From Lama guanicoe (Eukaryota), in the NCBI GenBank assembly GCA_013239625.1, contig MU056134.1:1686477-1750476 (forward strand): a stretch of DNA of 64,000 bases, written 5' to 3'. The translations under genes were made by a program, and so were the position numbers. Every line of letters begins with the position of its first letter. Position 1 is the first letter of the stretch. Below the pieces are notes generated by a model. The model was given only the letters and a program-made list of their open reading frames with translations. It was not told the origin of the DNA and searched no databases. Below are positions 38,010-49,410 of the stretch, piece after piece.

Positions 38010-38236
38010 TGGGCTTTTTTAAAAAATTGAAATATAGTTGATTTACAATGTTGCATTAGTTTCTAAAAAAAGAGTATGAAAAAGAATATATATACACGTA
38101 TAACCGCATCACTATGCTGTACACCTGAAACTAACACAACATTGTAAATCAAGTATACTTCAACTTGAAAAAAAAAAGATAAACAAGTTCCCAAGGTATA
38201 GCGCAGGGAACTGTATTCAATAGCTTGTAATAACCT
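38010..38236. mobile_element. Composite inverted L1 3'-end insertion flanked by a 14-bp TSD
   Basis: atgtgattcctttt at 37996-38009 and 38237-38250; contains L1 tail pieces in both orientations. Confidence 0.8.
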
Positions 38237-41200
38237 ATGTGATTCCTTTTACACTAACAGGCAAAACTAATTTACAACAACAACAAAAAAAACATCAGAA
38301 CACTGGTCGCTTCCTGAGGGGGCGGTTTGGATTGACAAGGAAGAGACATAATGGAACATTCTCGGGGGTCAGAAAGGTCCTATAGCTGAATCAGAGTCTG
38401 GGGCCCATGGGTGTATCCATTAATCAAAGTTTATAGTTAAGATTTATGCATTTCAATGTATGTACATTTTTTAAAATCTGCTACACCTAAGGTAAGGGCT
38501 AGCTGGCCTTAAAACAATGAATAAAATCAGGGGTAATATATATACGTGCACACACGAGGCGGGTGGTTCATGCAGGTGGTGCACACACAGACATCTCTGG
38601 GGCCTCTAAGACTCCAAGGTGCCCCCGGACAGATGCAGACCCAGGTAAGCCCTCTCCCGTCTGCACTGTCCTTGGGCTCCCCTGGCCCCTGGCCTGTATG
38701 AAATCAGAGGGCTCCTGGGAAGCAGTTTTCAAAGAGACGGCATCCGGACCAGCAGTGTAAATAGGATCTGTGCGGAGCCCAGAGATAGCTCTCCCCGAGG
38801 CGCCAAGAAAGCCAGCAGAACCTTCTGCAATGGTGGTGATGCGGGAATAAATATTTGTCCTAACTCTCCTGCCCCCCGCCAAGGCTTTCTTAAAGAAGGG
38901 AAATCAAACCTCCCTGCTGGGTCCTCAGGCCCTTCCTGCCCCTGCCCATCCTTCCCACAGGTGCCTCCTCAACTGGACTATACAGACTCATACAGACTCG
39001 GTAGATCTGACAGGAGGATGACCCCTCTTCACTCAACCCTGACAAAGGAGGGTGGTCTCTCTTCTCAGTGAGGACAGAAGACAGCGGATAGGGATTAGGG
39101 GCAAAGTAAGAGATAGCATCAGGCCTGGGGATGGAAAGGAAACCCCAGCCCCGCTCCCCCAGACCCAGGAGAGAGTGGCTGGGAGGGCAGGAGGCAGAGA
39201 CCAGGCACAGTTCTGCCCCTCCCCCCAAAAAAAGAAAAAGAAAATGAAAAAGGTGCAGAGAAGGCTCCTGTGACCTCCACTTTCTTCCCTAGCACCTGGG
39301 GACTTTCACACTTGCTGCCCCCCTGCTGAGGGTTTCGGAGACACCAGTGAGTGATGGAGAGCAAAGGCGGGGGGGGGGGGTGCAAGGCAGGAAAAAGACT
39401 TTCTGCTCACACCCCAGGCCTCCTTGTCTTCTTCGGGAAAGGAGGAGGTCTGGGGGGGAAGCGGGGACTGTCCTCAGACCTGCACAAAGAGGGATGGAGA
39501 AGGCTGAGAAATTGTCGCCTCCCAGCAGCCCGGGCTGTCTGGTGAGGCTCCAGAGACGAGTGTGACAATTCAGGTCAAGGTCACATCCAGTCCCAGCACC
39601 ATCACCTTCAGATGAAGTACCCGTGCACTTACTGTGCGCTGGCAAAGAATCAGGAGAGTCAGCCCCAACCCCCTCAAGCCCGAAAGGTTGCTGTATGCTC
39701 AGTCCCGGGGGGTCACTCAACCCTCGTGCCTGCCATTAGGGTCCCTTCCAACTCCCCGCCGCCACCGCCTCCCCACGAAACCGTCCTCACAGTTCTCCCC
39801 CACTGAGAAGCCACATGACACACTGCAGCTTGTCACATGCTGAGCCATATGGTTTCTTCTGCTCAGTTAAGGCCCCCTGAAGACAGCAAGGTCTTTGAGG
39901 GATGAGGACTGTGGCTTCGGTTTGACCCCACAGGGCCTAGCGCGATGCTGGGCACACACACCCGCCCTCCCTGGTCCTGTTGATCCATTTGGGCATAAAA
40001 ACCAGATCATTAAAAATGAGGGCCTGGAAACCATCCACTGCATTCCCCGGCAGACAGCCCCAAACCCCTCTCCCAGCCCATCCTGTGCCGTCCACAGTTT
40101 GAATTCTGGCTGGGAACTGGGCTCTCGTTCTGCCCATCTGCTCAGCATCTCCTTGGTGGCTTTTTCTCAGTTTCATATAAGCAAGAAAAAAATCCTCTTG
40201 AAAATCACAAAGAGGTGGGGGAGGGGGCGTAAAAGCCCAGCGGCAGCAGGCTCGTTGGTGGGAGGCAGGGACCTGGGGCGGAGCTTCTCGGGCTGGAGGC
40301 CAGCTTCTGTCCCAGCATCCCTGGTGTGTGGGATGGGATGAGAGCATTTCATCAAAGATAGTTCGGGTCTTAGAACTGAACTTACTCTTTGACTACAGGA
40401 TGGACACAGTTATCTTCATTGGGACCTTGGGTGAGTCATTTCCCACCTCCTGACCTCCAACTTACCTGGAAAGGAAATGATCATCCAACCTCAACATTTT
40501 ATGACTCCCAAGCTAATCAATACCAAAGGGGTTCCCTGCCACCCCTGCCCCAAGCCTGCACTGCCAAGGGAACCAGATGAGACTCTCCTCCACTGCCTAG
40601 ATGCTAGGAGGGCGGAGGGCTGATAGAACTCCGGGGCCAGTGACCCTGGAGAGAGTCCAGCCTCCACCCCTGGTTTCTCAGACTTCCATGTGCAGTAATA
40701 ACCTGGGGAGGTCCAGAGGTGTCAGCAAAGCAGAGAGGACCTGCTTCACACCCTGGAGAGGACATCACACCTGAGAGCCCAGGTCCGCACAGGTGATCCC
40801 AGGTGAGACTGATGGGGAAGGAGGAGGCTTCAGTCAACATCTTGAAGAACACATGTATTCAGGCTTAATTTAGAAAAGTATTACCCGGGGAAAGAGGGTC
40901 TGCTGGGACAGAAGATTCAAACAAACCAGAGGAGTGGAAGATAAGTGCTCACTCCTCCAACTTGGATTCCAGTATAGTCCAGACACCATACGGGGACTGG
41001 GGGCCCACAGAACAGGGTTCTGCATTTCTAAGAAGCTCCCAAGTGAGGCACGTGCGGCTGGTCTCTTGGCCTCACTTTGAGTAACAAGCATCTAGAAAGG
41101 AACCCTGACTGAACTTTTGCTTCACTAAGTCCTACTCCACTCTCAGGGCTCAGCTTGAGAATCACCTCTTCAAAGCCCTCCCAGGGTTAGGTTAGCTCCC

Positions 41201-41387
41201 ACTCCACACGCCTTATTTTGTCCCTGAGCTACACTGTGCTTCTCCTTCAGAACATTCAACACACCTAACTGTCCATCCCTCATTTATGAAATTGTCTTTT
41301 CAACTTTTGGCTCCTTAGCTGGACAATAAACTCCAAGAGAACAGGAATCATACTGCCTTGTTACTACCAGGGTCACATAGTCAGCAC

Positions 41388-41870
41388 CTGTAGTAGAAAG
41401 CTTTTGATCTTGCCTGCTCTGCATCCATTCCCTCTTCTTCTCAGTGTAGCCCCTCGCATTTTCCTTTAAGGAGCCTCCCCGCCCCCCATTCTCAGTTCTT
41501 ACAGTTTAGATGGTGGGCAGGAGAGCCTTCCATCTCTTTCTGGTTGCAATGATTGGTTCAGAGAGAGCCATGTGACCTAAGCCAGGCCAATGAGCTTCCT
41601 CCCTAGGACTTCTGGTAGAAATCCTGGGAAAAAAAGAAACTCTTCTTTCCACTGGAGGTACTTAGAAAGTAAGAGCTGCTGTCAGCGTCTGTCATCACAG
41701 AGCCAGAGCTTGACAAAGAATGAAACGCAGGAGAGAGATGGCAAGAGACGAAGTTCTAATGCAGCCATGCCTAGAGTCTATATTTGCCCAAAGGCAATAC
41801 ATTTCCTTTTGTGCTTAAGCCAAAGTGAGCTATGTTTCTGTCACTTGCCACCAAGGGTCTTGACTAAAAC
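41388..41870 (+). mobile_element. Old MLT1 (J/K-like) LTR
   Basis: gattggttcagagagagccatgtgacctaagccaggccaatgag; gcttaagccaa..tttctgtcacttgc. Confidence 0.75.
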
Positions 41871-41899
41871 AACATTCAAATAAATATTGGGTATTGGAT

Positions 41900-42183
41900 A
41901 AACTAGTGAATGTTACCAAAACAAGAAGCAGACTAACAGATATAGAGGACTAAATAGTGGTTACAAGTGTGGTCAGGGGAGGGGCAATGAAGGGGTAGGG
42001 AATTAAGAGGTACAAACGATTATGTATAAAATAAGCTATACGGTTATTTTGTACAGCACAGGGAATACAGTCAATATTTTATAATAACTATAAATGGAGT
42101 ATAAACTTTAAAACTGTGAATCACTATATCATTCACCTGTAACTTACATAAAATTGTACATCAACTATACTTCAATTTTTAAA
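41900..42183 (+). mobile_element. L1 3' end
   Basis: Same family as 12401-12657 (aagaagcagact..gaggtacaaac..caatattttataataactataaatgga). Confidence 0.85.
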
Positions 42184-43547
42184 GTTGAGTGCTGAATAAA
42201 TTAAATGAGTATCTACATAAAACCTGCCAGGGGAACTCAGTGACCCTTCCTTGGAGACTTTCAGAATCCTCCCTGCAAACTCCTGCCACCCATGAGAATA
42301 GAGACAAGCACCCCACACCCAGCTCTGCAGACCCAGGGGCTGAACCCCAGAATGCTTCAGCAGCGCCCTGTGCAGACAAGCCACCCCAGCTCTGGCTCCG
42401 ATGCCAGCACTGCGACTAGGGTGATGACAGCGGTCTGGCTTTCAATGTGCCTGGGTACCCCACCCACTCCCGAATTCCTAATCCATCCAGGACAGGCTCT
42501 GGCCGCCGTCCCGTGATTATCCCTCAGTGCATACCGCACAGCCCTGTGCGTGGTGGGCACTTGATACAGGATGATGATGGGAAGACGCTTTTTGTCGACT
42601 TCCTTTGAGGGTATCCTTTTGCAACAGATTAGGTCAGGGAAGAGGGGGTGCAACAGGGACTAGCAGGAAAGAGATGCCTAATTATTTCCCTGTGAGTCAC
42701 CTCGTAGCAGAGCTCCAGGACAGAGATGGCACCTGGCCTAGATGTCCCCTCAGATGACTCAGGAGGCAGGTGACTTCTTCAGAGCTAGTCCTCACCTGGC
42801 AAAGTGTGAGGGAAGGAGGGAGGGAGGTTCACTGCTGCCTAGGCAGGAATCCTGGCTGAGCCAAAGTCCTCCCCGAGGGCCAGCCCAGGCCCACATGGCC
42901 TCCCCGCCAGGGAGACTGAAAGGTGAAGGGGGAGCGCTCAGCGGGGTAAGGTGGGGCGAGGATGCAGCGCCCTCAGGGCCCTGGGATGTAGTCTATATGA
43001 ATTAAGTGCTAACAGGAAAAGAAGTACTGGCCCCCTAGAAGCTCCAAGGCAACACTCTCATGGGGACCGAGGTGACAGGGCCAGCTCAGGAGGGCCAGTC
43101 AGAGGCATTCAGACCAGCATGCAAGTGCCATTCAAGTCCCCAGAGGGTCCCAGCCCACAGGACCCCTCCTTCCCCACCCCCCGTCCCCAGGCAGCCTTTC
43201 TGGGCAGTGGCCCCTTAAGGCACCGGGCTGCATTCTACGTCTCCCCCACTCACTCCGGCCTGGGCCCCTCATTCTGGAACCCACAGCTCCACAAGGCCTC
43301 TTGCTAATCACCAAGCATCCTGCCCACCCCATTCAGCCCCCATCTATTTCCTCGCTGCCCCTGACACCCCTGAGTCTCACAGTCACACTTTCCTCCCACA
43401 CTGCTAATCTCAAGTGGACGCTGCCTCCAGAGGTGTGGGGACACTCCACGGCCTTCACGGGGACAGAAGCAGCTGGGCCTCGGGCCAGAGCGATGGCACT
43501 TTCCTCGCCCACTTCCCCTCCCCACTCACCAACCCGAAGCCTCTTAC

Positions 43548-43632
43548 CTTCATGGTGGGAGGCGCGGTGAGAGGAGGCGACAGCGGCCGGTCTGGGAGGG
43601 TCACATCCGAGCTGTTGGCCAGCTCCTGCTTC
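43548..43632 (-). CDS. RAP1GAP2: RAP1GAP2 coding exon (~exon 3), 85 nt, KQELANSSDVTLPDRPLSPPLTAPPTMK
   Basis: Acceptor cctcacag|GAAG and donor AAG|gtaaga; starts in phase 2, ends in phase 0; lies within ORF 43455..43739. Confidence 0.96.
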
Positions 43633-43789
43633 CTGTGAGGAGGCCACAGAACACACAGAAGAGGTGAGTGGGGCCCGCCTGCGCCTTCCCCTCTCTCCTC
43701 CAATAGCAGCTGGGCCCGGGGACAGAGGCTAACACACACTGCAGAGAATAGGGCCAGTGCATTTCTTTGCTGGGATGCGCTAAAATCTA

Positions 43790-43950
43790 AGTCAGGGCTG
43801 CTCCCAGTGTGGTCCCGGCATCAGCAGCATTGGCTTCACCTGGGAGCTTGTTAGAAACGCACATTCTCAGGTGATGGGGCCCTGGAATCTGTGTTTTAAC
43901 CATCTCTCTGGTGATTGTAATGCATGCTGAAGTCTGAGATCCATGGGTCT
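43790..43950. mobile_element. MER5A-like MITE
   Basis: cagcagcattggcttcacctgggagcttgttagaaacgcacattctcagg. Confidence 0.75.
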
Positions 43951-44023
43951 AAAGAGATAGGAGATACAGGACTGGGTGGGAGAAAAAGGGGAGAGGGGTG
44001 AACGTTTCCGATGAGTCCTCCCT

Positions 44024-44091
44024 GGGACCCCTTTGTCCCTAAACACACACACACACACACACACCCTGGCCAGGGACCCCTTTGTCCCTAA

Positions 44092-44122
<31 letters not shown>

Positions 44123-44127
44123 GGCCA
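44024..44127. repeat. Tandem duplication of gggacccctttgtcccta-a(ac)n-cctggcca (2 copies)
   Basis: Units 44024-44072 and 44073-44127 differ only in AC count. Confidence 0.92.
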
Positions 44128-44229
44128 GACAGCTGAATTTGGGAGGACAGGGCTGCCTGCTGTGTGAGCTGCAGGTAAAACTTATTTTAGTCCATGTGGG
44201 CTAGGGCCGTGGAGAGGCAGCTAAACAGA

Positions 44230-44246
44230 GTTGTCACCATGACAAC
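44230..44246. promoter_or_regulatory. Palindromic RFX X-box-like motif GTTGTCACCATGACAAC
   Basis: GTCACCATGACAAC fits GTNRCCATGRYAAC; 7-bp inverted repeat with a 3-nt spacer. Confidence 0.45.
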
Positions 44247-45719
44247 ATGACTGCGACAAGTCCACCGCTCTCACACAGTCCCCACTTTCCATCTGGCCCT
44301 TGCTGGTGACCATGGAGTGCTAGTTTACAGTCCGATCACCAGGAAGAATGTTTGCAGTGGATAAGCCTTTGGAGTGATGGTTACGCAACACAGCCAGCCA
44401 GGCAGAACCTAGGGGAGTCCCTGGATGAGGGACTCTGGTGTCCTGGATGTGCCCTGCCTATATGCTGGGACAGGAGGGAGAGACGAGGATAACAGTATTA
44501 AGAGCCTAAGAAAACTGGGCTGATCCACAAAGCCCCAAATTTTGCAAATGTTTCCTTCCCCAGAATCCCACCCTGAAGCAGCCAAGAGAGTCAGCCCCCT
44601 ACCTGATCCTACTTAAATAACCAAAGGACCCCCACTGTCGCCTGGAGAGAATGCTTCCGTACTTCATTCCAGCCCATATCCTGCCAACGGGAGTGACAGC
44701 TCCAACCCCAAACCCTTTTCATGAGAGAAAGAGACCAGCCCTTCATCTTTCCAGAGGAAACCCCGGCCTAGGGGGCCCAGACACCACCCCAGCCTGGCTC
44801 CCCTCCACCCAGGCAGGCCCAGGCTAAGAGAAATCAGGCTAGGCTTCGCAGGGCTGTCTACCCTGGCACAACCCCTGCCTGCCCCTGCAGCCCGTCCTTC
44901 AGCTGGGGAGGCCGAACGAACATCTGGCTTGGCAGATGAGCTACGTGACCCCATTAACTTCAACCCTGCCAATTCCCCTTCCTGCTCCTCCACCTGCCTT
45001 CCTCCTCCTTTCTTCCTGGGCCTTGGTCTCACTGATGACTGGAGAGTAGAGTTCATAGGGTTCCCTCCCTCCCGATCCAGACGTAATTAGTGCAAGAACC
45101 AAAGGGCCACAGCTCAACCCCGTGCCTGTGCACACTCACACGCTTACTCACAAAGGAAAGGATGCAGCTCCTCTACCTCTCAGTCAAAGCCATCAGCCTC
45201 CCCTCCTGGTTGTGGCCTTGAACGTTACCATTGTGGGGTCCAGCCCGGCTGCTCTGGCCATCACCTGCCTGTGGACCCCACAGAGCTGGGTCCAGGACAA
45301 GCTTGCCCCACTGACCATGCTGGCCTCTCCAAGCAATCACTGCTCCTCCTCAATGGGCCTGCACCCCTGAGAGCCATGGTGGGGGAAAGGGAAGGCAGGA
45401 AGGATGCTCAGGGATAGAGAGCATCGCCCTCAGGTCCCCCAAGGTGAGAAGGGACAGGGCAGCTCCCCACTGGGACTGGGAGCGTGGAAAGGAAAACCAT
45501 GTGGGGAGAGCGAAGGAGTCAAGCCCCCCCTGCCCCCCCAGAGACTACTGAACTACTGTGAGTTAGCCAAGGGTCTCTGGCTTTCTCCCCTGGGGGTGGC
45601 TTGTGGGCAAACTTGACCGACAGTGGCAATGCTGACCTGTTTGGTGTTTGGTTTTTAATTGAAGTATAGTTGACGTACAATGTTGTGGTAGTTTCTGGTG
45701 TATGGCACCAGCAGGTGCC

Positions 45720-46168
45720 TGTTATGGGTTGAATTGTGAACCCCCTTAAAGATATGCAAAAAGTCCTAACCTCTGTTACCAGTGAATATGACCTTGTTTG
45801 GAAATAGGGTCTCTGCAGATGTAATCAAGTTAACGTGAGGTCATTAGGGTTACCCCTTAATTCAATATGACTAGTGTCCTTATAAGAGGAAAGGTGGCCA
45901 TGGGAAGGCACACAAGGAGATGCGACAACAAGGACAGAGACTGGAGGGATGCAGCTGGAATGCCAAGACACGCCAAGGATTGGTGGCCACCACCAGGAGC
46001 TACAAGAGGCAGGCAGGGCTTCTTCCCTGGAGCCTTCTGGAGGAGCATGGCCCTGCTGAGACCTCAGTTTTGGGCTTCTAACCTCCAGAACTGAGACAAT
46101 AAATGTCTGCTGTTTTAAGCTGCCTGGTTTGTGGTACTCGGTCAGGGCAGCCCTAGGAACCAAATACA
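45720..46168 (+). mobile_element. MLT1B/C-like solo LTR
   Basis: tgttatgggttgaattgtg...gaccttgtttggaaatagggtc...ccctaggaaccaaataca. Confidence 0.88.
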
Positions 46169-47169
46169 CCATCCAAGGCCCACATTCCAGCCTTGGCTTT
46201 GTAACTGGAGGACCCAAAACAAAAAGGATGATCCCTGCTTCAGCCTCACTACCCGTGCTATGGTCAGCTGGGCTCAGACTCGTCCTGCCCCAGCACTCGC
46301 AACCAGTAACATTTGCATGTGAGCCACCCTCCCAAGGACAGCCAGGTCTGGCCTGGCCTGGCCACCAGCTGGCACTGAGATAAGACAGGGTAAGAACACG
46401 GTGCTCGATGCAATCCCAGCCCTTTCTCAGGCAAACATATCACACATACTGAGTGGTGAAGTGACATGATTATATCAAGACACAACCTTGAATCTGCTCT
46501 AATTTATTACAAAAAAAAGGTAAATTATCAGCAGAGGTAGCATCCTTACTATTATCTGTAATAACTTTCCTGTAACCCACAGTAATCTTAACACGTCTCA
46601 TGGCACTGAGGTTGAAAACTGCCTCTCCAACCAAGTCAGCTCAGACAGCTCCAAGGATGCAGGGTCCCAGACAAGAGGAGGGGTTGGTGATGGAGGCAAA
46701 GGAGGGGAGGCGGAAGATTAAACACTCAGCTAAAAGAGAAAGGCAGTAATAAGAGCAGGTGTGAATGGGCAGGTCAGGAGAGCCCCCAGCCCCCAGGGGT
46801 CCTGCAGGTGCTCCCTACTCCGCACACCCCTGCCGCAGAGCCACATGGCACTGCTGTTCTGTCTCTGGGGTTCTTCCCCCAGGTGGGAGGGCTCAGGGAG
46901 GCTGGGACAGGTCCTAGCCGGCTTCAGCCAAACCCAGATCTCAGGAGGAAATGATCAAAGAGCCAGGAGTGAAAGTTGAGAAACCAAGGGAATGATTCAC
47001 CCAGATAGAACTGTTCACAGGGAACTTGGAGGACTCCCTGGGCCAGGGACCCAATTACAGCACCCAGGCTCCCAGAGTCCTCACCTCCAGCCTCCAATGT
47101 CTGCCCCAGACCATTCGAGGTCACAGCAGCCATCATCTCTCCCACATTCCTATGAAAGTGACCTACATT

Positions 47170-47350
47170 AAGAATCAAGAGATTCCTGGGTTCAAATTTG
47201 GCTCTACCTGCTACCCTGCTGTGTGACCTTGGTTAAGTTACTCCACCTCTCTGTGTCTCAGATCCTTCCTCTGCAAAGATGGGGGTTACAATATTTTGAG
47301 GAATTAAATATGATGGCTATGAAATAAAACATAAAGTCCTATACAAATGT
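47170..47350 (+). mobile_element. MIR SINE
   Basis: ctgggttcaaat...gctgtgtgaccttggttaagttact. Confidence 0.75.
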
Positions 47351-47769
47351 AGACCATTATTATTGTATCTCATAAAATAGTGATCAGGTTTCCAAGTGGA
47401 AAGAGAGAAGCAAGGGTCTAGGGCTATTTCAAATGTCTTTGAAAACATTTCTGGCAACTCAAATAAGCACATGTTCTAGCCCAAGGATCTACTATCAGGA
47501 TCATAATGATTGGTTAATTATCAACAACGGGAAAAATCCCCTGTATCAGCAGATGGCTCTGGGTCCAGGTTTAAGCCCTCCCTCTGGCACAGAGTTTCTC
47601 CCAAACCTACACACCCCAACTTGTTGACATCTCCCACTGCACCAGCTCCCCAGCCACCCTGCCACACTCAACCCTGCTTTCTCTTCTTTCCAAGCAGCCA
47701 CGGTAGAGAAATGCAGAGAGTTGGTCACTACAAAGAGCTACCCCCCAAAAATCAAACCAAAAGGAATGA

Positions 47770-48235
47770 GACGCATCATCACAATAGGTGGAAATAACCC
47801 AAGTGTCCATCGATTGATGGATGAAAAACCAAAATGTGGTCCCTCCACACAATGGAATATTATTCAGCCATAAAAAGGAACGAAAGGACTGACATGCTAC
47901 AACAGGGATGACCTCAAAAACATGCCAAGTGAGAGAAGCCAGAGACAAAAGGCCACATACTGTGTAATTCCATTTATGGAATCTGGAAATGTCCAGAATA
48001 GGCAAACCAGAGGCAAAGTAGATTAGTGGTTGCTGGGGGCCGGGGGCAGAGGGGAAGGAATAGGGAGTGACTGCTCATGGGTACAGAGTTTCTTTCTGAG
48101 GTGGTGAAAATGTTCTGGAAAGTATGCAGTGGTGAGGGTTACACAACTTTGTGAATATACTAAAAACCAGTGAATTATATATGCTTTGAAAGGGTGAATT
48201 TTATGGTATGTCAACCCATCTCAATTTTTTTTAGA
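47770..48235 (+). mobile_element. L1MB-like 3'UTR fragment
   Basis: aacccaagtgtccatcg, caatggaatattattcagccataaaaaggaa, gattagtggttgc. Confidence 0.88.
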
Positions 48236-48382
48236 AAGAGATAAGAAAAAAGGGGCTGGACGGGCTCCATTTCTGTCACTTCTGCTGCTTAAGTTCTTCC
48301 CTGGCTGCCCCTTGGTGCCCCCAGGGCCCGGCGCTGTGTGCTGGGTCTTGCTTTCTGGCAATCCTGAAGATGCTGAGCATGA

Positions 48383-48510
48383 GGGGGAGGGTATAGCTCC
48401 ACTGGGAGAGCGTGTGCTTAGCATACACAGGGTCCTGGGTTCCATCCCCAGTACTGCCTTCAAAAAAGTAAAGAAAGAAATAAACCTAATTATCCTCCCC
48501 CCGCCCCAAA
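48383..48510 (+). mobile_element. vic-1-type SINE
   Basis: gggggagggtatagctc...gtcctgggttccatccccag; TSD aaga(t/a)gctgag(c/t)a. Confidence 0.85.
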
Positions 48511-49239
48511 AGAAGCTGAGTACAGTTTCCTGACTAGTCTCACCCACTGAAAGCAATGCCTTTCTCCCCCATCCCAGCTCTCTGTAGCACTGAGCACAGT
48601 ACTTAAGAACTTGGAGAGAGCCCAGAGTTCTAAGTTTTCACATGTCCATATCCTACATAACCAACTAGATCATAAACGCAAAATAAAATTTAAAAGCTTC
48701 CAGAGACATCATCCTAAGAAACAGACACAAGGGGAGGAGAACGGAATCAGAAGCCAGGACTGGCTCCTATGAGCTCTCACCCTGATTAGCTGGACCCTCA
48801 GAGTCTTAGCATCGCTGCTTTCGCCTCTACAGAATAGGCCGGCCAACTCCCACCTCCTGTTCCCTGCACCAGACTCAGAAAATTGCGCTCAACTCCACAC
48901 TATGACTGGAGTCTTAGTTTTCATCACAGAAAAATTGTGTGGTCACTGGGCAAGCCAGGTCACAAGGAAGGGCAAGCAGGGACTGGGCTGGGTGTGGGCT
49001 GGGGGGGTCCACCTCAAGAGGCATCTGGCTTGCTGTCGACAGAGACCCAAGGCCAGCGTCACGTTCACGGAGCCCTCATTCTAGCAGCCAGCAGCATTAG
49101 GGCAACCCCGTGGTTGGAAAACAGGTTCGAGAAGTTCTGTCCATCGTGACAGGACAGCCTGGCAGATGCTGGAGGAGAGGGCCAGGCTCCGGCCTCGAGG
49201 AAGGCAAGCAGGCAGTGTGTACAGTGGATCAAAAGCCGT

Positions 49240-49410
49240 GGTGTTAATGGTCCAACAGGCATGGATTTGAATTCCAGCACCACCCCTGATTAGCTATGTG
49301 ACCCTGGCCAGGTGGCCTCTCTGCCCCTCAGCCTCCTCATCTGTAAGATGGTACAGTAATCCTCACCTCACTGGGTGGTGTGAATAAGGCCTACAAAGCA
49401 CTTAGCACAG
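49240..49410 (+). mobile_element. MIR SINE
   Basis: gctatgtgaccctgg..cctcagcctcctcatctgtaagatgg..aaagcacttagcacagtg. Confidence 0.78.

Larger units (their letters stand above)
36782..38480 (+). mobile_element. Old L1M ORF2-end/3'UTR fragment hosting nested SINE and L1 insertions
   Basis: ctcctagaagaaaa, catcaaaattaaaacttctgc, aaatgcaaattaaaaccacaatga, ggaaacaacccaaatgtcc. Confidence 0.85.

Noticed and set aside
44664-45056. 130-aa ATG-initiated minus-strand ORF upstream of exon 3
   Set aside because: No good phase-2 donor linking it to exon 43632 and no recognisable homology
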